Under the pieces are notes generated by a model, which was not told where the DNA came from, searched no databases, and was given only the letters and a program-made list of their open reading frames with translations. Positions 36,573-44,650 of a stretch of 64,000 nucleotides of DNA are shown piece after piece. This DNA is from Candidatus Omnitrophota bacterium (GTDB lineage Bacteria > Omnitrophota > Gorgyraeia > Gorgyraeales > Gorgyraeaceae). The position numbers and the translations under genes were made by a program. Each line of letters begins with the position of its first letter. Within the stretch, counting starts at the first letter, position 1. The stretch covers positions 19,932 through 83,931 of the forward strand of contig JBHPHW010000001.1 in assembly GCA_042570105.1 (NCBI GenBank). The letters are read 5' to 3'.

Positions 36573-37802
36573 ATGCCTGTTAGAAAAGAAAGGGTGTTCG
36601 AAAGTCAGTCGCTTTCGGACCACGAAAAGAAAAATTTTTCCATATTAGAGCTTATTCGTAGGAACGGTCCTATTACGAGAGCTGATATTTCAAAGACAAC
36701 AGATCTAAATATAGTAACGGTCTCAAATTATATAAATACCTACATTGACGAAGGATTGGTCATTGAGGGCGGGATGGAGGCATCTTCAGGCGGCAGGAAG
36801 CCGTCCCTTGTCAAATTAAACGAGGGGAACTCTTGTGCCATAGGACTTGATCTCGGGCATATGGGCGCAGGGGGCGCGAGTATGATAGGAGTGGTTACAG
36901 ACCTTTCAGGCAAGGTAATAACAAGGATTGAGAAAAAAAGAGAAAAAGACAGCATGGATAGGATCATTGATAAATCCCTTGACCTGATAGACGAATTAAT
37001 AAATAAAAAAGGTGTTAATAAAGACAAGGTCAAAGGGGTCGGTATAGGTCTGGGTGGGATCATAGATGAGAACCTCGGCACAGTAAGGGACTCTTCAAAA
37101 AGCGGCATACGCACAAGCTACGTATCCATAAAAGGCCTTATTGAAGAGAGGTTTAGTTTGCCTTCTTTCTTAGGCAATGATGCTACGTTTGCTGCATTTG
37201 GCGAGAAGATGCATGCCCTTCCTATGGATGTGGAGGATGTTATCTATATGTATTCTGACGTAGGAAGCGGTATTATAATAAAAGGCGGCATCTATTGTGG
37301 CGCCAGCGGCTCAGCAGGAGAGATCCGTATTAATTATCCAAGAAATGGAGATTATATGAGATCTTCAAAGGACCTTTCATTTTTACTGCCTATGGGCCTG
37401 GACCTTGGGCTTATAGCTAATGCAAAGAAATTGATAGAAGATGAAGGGATCTCTTCGACTATAGCTAAAAATGGCACAGAGAATATAACAATGAATGATA
37501 TAATGGAGGCAGCGAAATCTAGCGATACCCTTGCAATAGAGTTACTGGAGGATGCAGCTGTTAATTTAGGGGTGAGGATCGCATATTTAGTAAATCTGTT
37601 TAATCCGGAGATAGTTATAATAGGTGGTGGCATTGAAAAGGCAGGGAGTTTATTTCTAGAGCCATTGAGAAGGACAGTGAGAAAGTGGGCCTTTGAGGAA
37701 CCCGCTAATATTGTAAAGATAATACCTGCGTATCTTGGTAATGATGCTGTGGCATTAGGCGCAGCCAGTGTTGTAATAAAGAATGTTTTTATAAAGGCAT
37801 AA
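36573..37802 (+). CDS. ROK-family transcriptional regulator (NagC/XylR-like)
   Basis: N-terminal wHTH (GPITRADIS...GGRKP); IGLDLG, NDA, GSAGEI, NLFNPEIVIIGGG. Confidence 0.93.
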   Translation: MPVRKERVFESQSLSDHEKKNFSILELIRRNGPITRADISKTTDLNIVTVSNYINTYIDEGLVIEGGMEASSGGRKPSLVKLNEGNSCAIGLDLGHMGAGGASMIGVVTDLSGKVITRIEKKREKDSMDRIIDKSLDLIDELINKKGVNKDKVKGVGIGLGGIIDENLGTVRDSSKSGIRTSYVSIKGLIEERFSLPSFLGNDATFAAFGEKMHALPMDVEDVIYMYSDVGSGIIIKGGIYCGASGSAGEIRINYPRNGDYMRSSKDLSFLLPMGLDLGLIANAKKLIEDEGISSTIAKNGTENITMNDIMEAAKSSDTLAIELLEDAAVNLGVRIAYLVNLFNPEIVIIGGGIEKAGSLFLEPLRRTVRKWAFEEPANIVKIIPAYLGNDAVALGAASVVIKNVFIKA

Positions 37803-37840
37803 CCGTATCAAAACTGTATCAAAATCTTTGTAACTGTATA

Positions 37841-37869
37841 TTGACAAAAGAGTAATCGTATGATATACT
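37841..37869 (+). promoter_or_regulatory. Sigma70-type promoter of the TolC/RND operon
   Basis: TTGACA (37841-46), 17-nt spacer, TGa-TATACT (37861-69). Confidence 0.75.
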
Positions 37870-37890
37870 TCTCGCTTACAAGGAGAAGCC

Positions 37891-39714
37891 GTGCAGATAA
37901 AGCGTATCATATTGTTATATCTTGTTACAATTATTACAGTTATAGTAATATATCCCTCCGTATCACTTTCTTATCCAACCTCAGATGAATCTGTTACTCA
38001 ATATATACTAGACTTATCAAGAGATATTACTAAATCTATCCAGAAATCAGATAAGTCTATAATATATAGTTCAAGAGGAGAGCTTGTTTTAAAGCTTCTC
38101 CTTTCTCCATGGGGCGAATTAAAGGATGTTTACATCTCTGAATCTTCAGGCAATGAAGAGCTTGATGGCCTCTTTCTAAAGACAGTTTGGATGTATGACA
38201 GGTACCAACCTTTTCCTGAAGATCTTGGTGAGAATGAGCTCTGGATAGATGTGCCTATAATATTAGAGATCGATAGTCTCAGGGCCACGCAGGATAAGGT
38301 ATGGAGCTACTCTGAAGATGTCAAGACGCAATTCATTGGGCCTGAGGGTTTAGGTATAGATGAAGCAGTTGACATCGCATTGGAGAATCGGGAGGCCTTA
38401 AAGATAGCTCATGAAGAGATGGAGCTCTCTAATCTTAAAATCAGAGAGGCCAGGCGAGCGCTTTATCCTACTGCAAGTCTTAATTTTTTAGAGACAGTTG
38501 GAAGGGTTAGTAGCGCGGTGCAGGATTTTACTGACAAAGAGTATAAAGTAAAATTTGAATACCCTCTGTATTATGGGTGGAGGCTTAAATATGCGGTTGA
38601 CCAGGCAGTCAGTAATATGAAGGCTTCTAAACATAACTATGATAAGGTCATGCAGGATTTAAGGATCGGAGTAGAGACAGCATTCTACTCATATATAGCG
38701 ACTAAGTCTAATGTAAGGTTACAAAGGGCCCTTTTAGATGAGGCAGAGGGAATTTTTGATGTCGCAGAAAAAAGATTCAGGCTTGGATTGACCACAAAGG
38801 CTGAATTTTTACAGGTAGAGTCTCAACTAAACCAGATTATTTATCAAGTAACTTCGAGTGAGAATGATATGGAAATAGCAGCCCTTACTTTGGCGCAGGC
38901 AATGGATGCTAAAGATCCAAATAACTTGGAAGATCTGATAGATATAGACAAGGATTTTATGGATCTAGAGCCTATAGATATAAGTGTGACATTGGAAGAG
39001 TGTATGGAGTTGGCATACAAGAATAGGCCTGATAAGAAGGAAAAAGAGCATATGGTGGAATTTAATGACTACGGACGAAAGATCGCGAAGAGCAAGGACC
39101 AGTTAGCGCTTGACTTCACCGGCACTTATGGAAAATCCGGGGGCGCATTTGAGTCTGAAACATTAGAGCTGGATGAGGATTGGTACCTGGGCCTAAAAGT
39201 TTCAAAACCTTTAGGCGGCAATACACTTTCTACTACCTATACAAAGGAGGAGACAAGCCCAAAGCACGGCCAGTCAACAAATACAGAGACAGTCAGTAAG
39301 TCGGTAGAATTGGGGCTGCTTGATAATCTTCAGAGTTTTTCTGAGAAGAAATCCAGCGGCATTGCATTAAAGAAGGCCAGAGAGGAGTTGTGGCAGGTTA
39401 AAGAATCCATTTTTAAAGAAGTAAAAGAGACCTTCCTGAATTATACAAAAGGATTGGTCCAGATAAGGTCTAATATAAATAAGATCAGATATAGAGAGGA
39501 AGAGCTAAAGATCACAAAGGCGCGGAGTGAGTTAAATGAGATACCATCCTCAGGGCTTTTAAAGGCGCATATAGATTTGACCGATGAAAGGTCATTTTAC
39601 ATCGAGGCGGTTGGCAGCCTATATCAGTCTCTTGTAAAGTTAAATAAGGCCACAGGTTATGCCCTGTTTTTAGATAACGAAAGTTTTATGTTGGCGAACG
39701 TAGGAAAACAATGA
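37891..39714 (+). CDS. TolC-family outer membrane protein with an N-terminal TonB C-terminal-like domain
   Basis: GELVLKLLLSPWGELKDVYISESSGNEELD...FPED (TonB_C); LGIDEAVDIALEN...ARRALYP and a second OEP repeat; GTG start with SD AAGGAG. Confidence 0.85.
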   Translation: MQIKRIILLYLVTIITVIVIYPSVSLSYPTSDESVTQYILDLSRDITKSIQKSDKSIIYSSRGELVLKLLLSPWGELKDVYISESSGNEELDGLFLKTVWMYDRYQPFPEDLGENELWIDVPIILEIDSLRATQDKVWSYSEDVKTQFIGPEGLGIDEAVDIALENREALKIAHEEMELSNLKIREARRALYPTASLNFLETVGRVSSAVQDFTDKEYKVKFEYPLYYGWRLKYAVDQAVSNMKASKHNYDKVMQDLRIGVETAFYSYIATKSNVRLQRALLDEAEGIFDVAEKRFRLGLTTKAEFLQVESQLNQIIYQVTSSENDMEIAALTLAQAMDAKDPNNLEDLIDIDKDFMDLEPIDISVTLEECMELAYKNRPDKKEKEHMVEFNDYGRKIAKSKDQLALDFTGTYGKSGGAFESETLELDEDWYLGLKVSKPLGGNTLSTTYTKEETSPKHGQSTNTETVSKSVELGLLDNLQSFSEKKSSGIALKKAREELWQVKESIFKEVKETFLNYTKGLVQIRSNINKIRYREEELKITKARSELNEIPSSGLLKAHIDLTDERSFYIEAVGSLYQSLVKLNKATGYALFLDNESFMLANVGKQ

Positions 39715-40901
39715 AGAAATCAAAGACATTTCTAATAGGTTTTATACTTTTATGGGTGTTGGGATTTTTAGTTATATGGGGCATTACAGCATCTAACAGA
39801 TTTTCCATAAAGAAGGCTATTTTGGGCGTAAAGACAGAAGATAAAGAAGTGGACGCTGAGCGAGGGCTAGATTCTGATAGAGCTCCAAGAAGCGATGCAG
39901 TGCCGGTCAGATGTTTCAGAGTAGGATTGACAGACTTCAAGGATGATCTGCCTGTAATGGGCACAGTAAAAGCGGCATTGGAGATAGGACTTAAGTTTGA
40001 GATCAATGGCGTAATAGAATCCATTGGTTTCAGAGAGGGTGATGTTATTTATAAGGGGGATTTAATAGCTATTTTGAACAAAAAGGATGTGCAGTTAAAA
40101 GTAGATTATTCCAAGAGTAAATTAGAGACCAGTAAAACGCAGTCTCTTGCAGCTAAAAAGAAACACCAGATCATTGAAGATCTTTACGAGATAGGCGGTA
40201 TTATAAAGGCAAAATTAGAAGAGGCAGAGTTGGAGGCAAAGGGCGCTGAGCTTCAGGTTGCATCAGCCGAAGTAGAACTTCGATCAGCAGAGGCAGAGTT
40301 TTTAAAGACAGATCTTTATGCGCCACGTGATGGAGTCTTGGGATCAAGAGATGCCGAGGCGGGAGAATTTGTTACGCCACAAGATAAGATCGCCACCCTA
40401 TATGATACAGTAGAGGTGTTTGTGGAACTTGGCATAGTGGAAAAGGATATAGATAAGATCGCGCTTGGTCAGGACGTAACAGTTACAGTAGATGCATATC
40501 CAGGGGCGGCCTTTACAGGCACAATAGACAATGTTTTTCCTATTATCGAAGGAAAATCCAGGACACTTACTGTCAGGGTAGGGATACAAAACCCAGACGC
40601 ATTGCTCTTGCCGGGTATGTTTGCCAGGGCCATGATTACTGTTGCTGAATTTTATAACGCAATAGTCGTCCCTAGTATGAGCCTAAACATGGTAGACGGA
40701 GATTATATAATTTTTAGCGTTGACGAAGGTAATACTGTTTCCTCGAGGCCTGTAGAGGTGGCCTATGTGACTACTGACTACACTGTGATAGCTTCCGGCC
40801 TGTATGAAGGTGAGGTGATAGTAACTGATACGCCGCAGGAACTTAAAAATGGGATGCCTGCAGAGATCATAGAATTGCAGGAGAGTATCATAGAGGAATA
40901 G
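39711..40901 (+). CDS. RND efflux periplasmic adaptor (MFP) subunit
   Basis: N-terminal TM; FREGDVIYKGD, LYAPRDGV, GEFV, SRTLTVR, LLPGMFARA. Confidence 0.93.
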   Translation: MKKSKTFLIGFILLWVLGFLVIWGITASNRFSIKKAILGVKTEDKEVDAERGLDSDRAPRSDAVPVRCFRVGLTDFKDDLPVMGTVKAALEIGLKFEINGVIESIGFREGDVIYKGDLIAILNKKDVQLKVDYSKSKLETSKTQSLAAKKKHQIIEDLYEIGGIIKAKLEEAELEAKGAELQVASAEVELRSAEAEFLKTDLYAPRDGVLGSRDAEAGEFVTPQDKIATLYDTVEVFVELGIVEKDIDKIALGQDVTVTVDAYPGAAFTGTIDNVFPIIEGKSRTLTVRVGIQNPDALLLPGMFARAMITVAEFYNAIVVPSMSLNMVDGDYIIFSVDEGNTVSSRPVEVAYVTTDYTVIASGLYEGEVIVTDTPQELKNGMPAEIIELQESIIEE

Positions 40902-40904
40902 ATA

Positions 40905-40984
40905 GCAGGCGTCCTATTTTGGTACACCCTACTTTTTGCTTTCGTAAAATCTGATTGTAGGGTGTACCAAAATAGGACGCCTGC
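40905..40984. repeat. Perfect 28-bp inverted repeat with a 24-nt loop (REP/MITE-like)
   Basis: gcaggcgtcctattttggtacaccctac (40905-32) is the exact reverse complement of 40957-84. Confidence 0.85.
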
Positions 40985-41013
40985 AAAGGCTTGCTCTGAA
41001 GGCTAGATGAATA

Positions 41014-44000
41014 ATGAGACTCTCAGAATTTTCAGTAGATCGGCCTGTTACAATCTCAATGTTTTTTCTTGGGGTGCTGATGCTTGGCCTGATATCCTTG
41101 ACCAGGCTTCCCCGAGAGCTTTTTCCTTCCATTACCTATCCCCAACTTACAGTAATTACCGCATATGAGAATGCTGCACCAGAAGAAGTAGAGACCCTTA
41201 TTACAAAAATAATAGAAGAGACAGTCGGCACCGTAAGCAACTTGAAGCGCATAAGCTCTATATCAAAAGAAGGGGTCTCGATCGTCACTGCTGAATTTGG
41301 CTGGGGCGTTGATATGGATTTTGCATCTTTGGGCGTGCGTGAAAAAATAGATCTTATAAAGGAAAGACTTCCTCTTGGCTCAACCGATCCAATAGTAATG
41401 AAATTCAATCCTTTTGAACTACCCATCATGACACTCAGCGTTACAGGAGATAAGACGCCCTCAGAACTTCTCAGGCTTTCGAGAAAGTTCATAAAAGACG
41501 AACTCGAAAAGGTTGAAGGGGTAGCGTATAGCAATATAAGCGGCGGTTTAGAAAGAGAGATACTTGTGTCTATAGATGAAGGTAGGCTCTCGGCATCCCG
41601 CGTATCCATAACTAAAATAGTTGAGGCATTGAAATCATCCAATTTAAATTATCCTGCAGGCACAATAGAAGAACATTTTTATGAATATCTCATTAGAACG
41701 ATGGGAGAATTTAAGATAGTGCCGGAGATAGAGAAGACTATTGTGGGGAAGGATGAATCAGAGAAAGACCCCCGCGTAAATAAGGCCTCCTCTTACGAAC
41801 AGGAAGGAAGAGCCCGTCTTATATATTTAAAGGATATCGCAGAGATAAAGGATACATTTCAGGAACGGAGTAGCATATCACGTTATAACGGAAAGGAGAA
41901 TATATCAATCGCGGTGCAGAAACAGGCAGGGATGAATACTCTGCAGGTTGCCCAGAATGTAAGGAAGAGGCTTACAGAGATAAGAGGAGATCTACCCCGC
42001 GGCATGGATGTAAAAGTAGTATATGACCAGTCGATATTTATAAAGAGATCGATACGCGGCGTGATGAAGGCAGCTATTCAGGGCGGGATCCTTGCATTTT
42101 TAGTGCTTTTTGTTTTTCTAAGAAATATAAAGGCCTCCTTGATAGTAGCGTTTTCTATGCCGATATCTATTATGGTTGCCTTTAGTCTTATGTATTTTAA
42201 CGGGATTACCTTAAACATGCTTTCTCTGGGAGGGCTTGCGCTTGGCATAGGGATGCTCGTGGATAATGCAATAGTTGTAATCGAGAATATATACAGTCAT
42301 TTTCAGAGAAAAAAGGATATAAAAGAATCCTCAAAATCCGGGGCAAGCGAGATGCAGGGCGCCATATTCTCTTCGACCCTCACTACTGTAGCAGTATTTT
42401 TGCCGATGATATTTGTGGTGGGCGTGGCAGGCCAGTTATTTAAGGAGCTGGCTTTCACTGTGTCATTTTCACTCCTGGCTTCCTTAATAGTGGCGCTCTC
42501 TTTAATACCCCGTCTGACTGCAGTAGGTGGCCGGGTGAAAGCTTCGGATAGAGGCCCTCTCTCGAGTGCTACGGCCTCAAGCGCTGTTTCTCTATCGAGC
42601 GCCGAGGACACCAAAAATAAATATTTTACGTTTGGATTGGACCGTCTTTATTCAAAGGCGATACCCAAGATATTGAAGCATAGATGGCCTTTTTTAGGGG
42701 GCATACTTCTGATATTTACTTTGAGCATAGGCCTATTTACATTGATAGACAAAGAGTTTATGCCTAAGGTAGACCAGCGTGAATTTATCATAAAGGTAAA
42801 TATGCCAGGCGGCACGAAACTAAAGGTCACAGATAATGTCATAGAGAAAATAGAAAGAGAACTTTTTGATATGGAAGAGCCCGGGGGTGTGGCTGTAAGC
42901 ATAGGTTCCAGCAAGAAACGTGATTTTACCCAGGGCCTTGAGACGATGGGTTCTCATCAGGCCCAGATCATAGTGACCTTGAGGAAAGGAAAAAAATGGA
43001 AGGCGACTTCTAAGATAGTAGATAGATTAAAAAATAGACTGGATAGGTTGGATTTAGAAGGCGCAGAGATAGAGTATATTTTGCAGGAAAGTGTTTTTAA
43101 AACAGCGCTTCAGGGGAGCGCTCCTATTGTCATTGAAATAAAAGGAAAAGACCTCAAGAAGATCGAAGAAGTCTCCGAATATGTTAAAGATGGCCTCTTG
43201 GATATAAAAGGTATCTACGGAATACGCACAAGCCTTACTAAGCCTTCCCCCGAAACAAAGGTAAATATTCTAAAAGATAGAGCTAGTCTTTACAATCTTT
43301 CAACAGCTGTGATCGCGCAGGCAGCGCATACTGCAATAAAAGGTGTAGTCGCCACTAAATTTAAAGAAGAAGGGAGAGAGGTAGATATAAAAGTGAGACT
43401 AAGAAAAGAAGGCCGGAAAAGGCTTTCGCAGCTTAGGAATATCCTTATCCATTCTCCGCTTGATATAGAAGTACCGCTCTCAGAGGTCGCTTATATCGCT
43501 CAAGGAGTCGGGCCGAGTGAGATAAAAAGACTTGATCAGCAAAGGGTAGTCCTTGTAACGGCAAATATCGCGGATAGGGCATTGGATAAAGTGATCTTGG
43601 ACATAAATCTATTATTGGAACGGATCGAAGAGGCGCATATTAGAGATCTGGATATGTTAAAGGATAGAGAAAAGGATATCGATATGTCTCTATCAGGAGA
43701 AAGCCGAGAGATGAGAGAATCTTTCAGGTCTCTTAGATTTGCGTTGCTTTTATCGATACTTTTGGTATACATGATAATGGCTGCACAGTTTGAATCTTTA
43801 TGGCAGCCGTTTATTATTATGTTTACAGTACCTTTGTCCCTTATGGGTGTATTTGTCGCATTATTTTTAACGCGCACTCCTATAAGCGTTGTTGTGATGC
43901 TCGGGTTTATAATACTGGGGGGCATTGTTGTCAATAATGGGATTATTTTAATAGACGGTATAAATAGATTGCGCGCTAAAGGAGTAGAATTAATCGAGGC

Positions 44001-44637
44001 TGTTATTGAATCCAGTAAAACCAGACTCAGGCCAATACTCATGACGACCATGACTACAGTGTTAGGTCTTTTGCCTCTGGCATTGGGGATAGCCGAGGGT
44101 TCAGAGCTTCAGAGCCCGATGGCTATAACAGTAATGGGCGGACTTATTGTCTCCACTATCCTGACCCTTTTCGTGATACCGTCTCTTTATACTATTATTG
44201 CGAGCATCATTGCTCTGAGACCAGTCTTAAAGCCAGTGTATGCGGAAGCGCTCAAGCCAACTTTAGTGGGGCTAGCTATTCAAGAGGAAAGAGTGATACC
44301 ATTGCCTCCGCCGCCGCAAGTTGCGCTAGAACTACCAAAGCCAGAGTCAGAACCGCCAAAACCAGAGATAAAACCTGTGGTTCCAAAGCCGAGCATTGAG
44401 CCAAAAGAATTACCAGGCCCTGAGCCAGAAAAACCGCCTTTACAAGAGTTGAATAATCGACAGAAACAGCTAGTGGAGCATTTGAAAACAGTAAAAAGGA
44501 TCACGCGCAAAGAATACGCCAAAGTTTTTAAGATATCCGTACCAACAGCAGCCAGGGATTTAAAGGAGTTATTGGATAAAGGAATGCTTATTGCCCATGG
44601 CCCCCTGGGGCCGGGCAGGTGGTATGAGCTGAAGTGA
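41014..44637 (+). CDS. RND efflux permease (AcrB/SwrC-like) with a C-terminal Pro-rich linker and wHTH
   Basis: MRLSEFSVDRPVT, GMLVDNAIVV, RLRPILMT; extra C-terminal LNNRQKQL...TAARDLKELLDKG...GRWYEL. Confidence 0.92.
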   Translation: MRLSEFSVDRPVTISMFFLGVLMLGLISLTRLPRELFPSITYPQLTVITAYENAAPEEVETLITKIIEETVGTVSNLKRISSISKEGVSIVTAEFGWGVDMDFASLGVREKIDLIKERLPLGSTDPIVMKFNPFELPIMTLSVTGDKTPSELLRLSRKFIKDELEKVEGVAYSNISGGLEREILVSIDEGRLSASRVSITKIVEALKSSNLNYPAGTIEEHFYEYLIRTMGEFKIVPEIEKTIVGKDESEKDPRVNKASSYEQEGRARLIYLKDIAEIKDTFQERSSISRYNGKENISIAVQKQAGMNTLQVAQNVRKRLTEIRGDLPRGMDVKVVYDQSIFIKRSIRGVMKAAIQGGILAFLVLFVFLRNIKASLIVAFSMPISIMVAFSLMYFNGITLNMLSLGGLALGIGMLVDNAIVVIENIYSHFQRKKDIKESSKSGASEMQGAIFSSTLTTVAVFLPMIFVVGVAGQLFKELAFTVSFSLLASLIVALSLIPRLTAVGGRVKASDRGPLSSATASSAVSLSSAEDTKNKYFTFGLDRLYSKAIPKILKHRWPFLGGILLIFTLSIGLFTLIDKEFMPKVDQREFIIKVNMPGGTKLKVTDNVIEKIERELFDMEEPGGVAVSIGSSKKRDFTQGLETMGSHQAQIIVTLRKGKKWKATSKIVDRLKNRLDRLDLEGAEIEYILQESVFKTALQGSAPIVIEIKGKDLKKIEEVSEYVKDGLLDIKGIYGIRTSLTKPSPETKVNILKDRASLYNLSTAVIAQAAHTAIKGVVATKFKEEGREVDIKVRLRKEGRKRLSQLRNILIHSPLDIEVPLSEVAYIAQGVGPSEIKRLDQQRVVLVTANIADRALDKVILDINLLLERIEEAHIRDLDMLKDREKDIDMSLSGESREMRESFRSLRFALLLSILLVYMIMAAQFESLWQPFIIMFTVPLSLMGVFVALFLTRTPISVVVMLGFIILGGIVVNNGIILIDGINRLRAKGVELIEAVIESSKTRLRPILMTTMTTVLGLLPLALGIAEGSELQSPMAITVMGGLIVSTILTLFVIPSLYTIIASIIALRPVLKPVYAEALKPTLVGLAIQEERVIPLPPPPQVALELPKPESEPPKPEIKPVVPKPSIEPKELPGPEPEKPPLQELNNRQKQLVEHLKTVKRITRKEYAKVFKISVPTAARDLKELLDKGMLIAHGPLGPGRWYELK

Positions 44638-44650
44638 GGGCAATTTTGTT

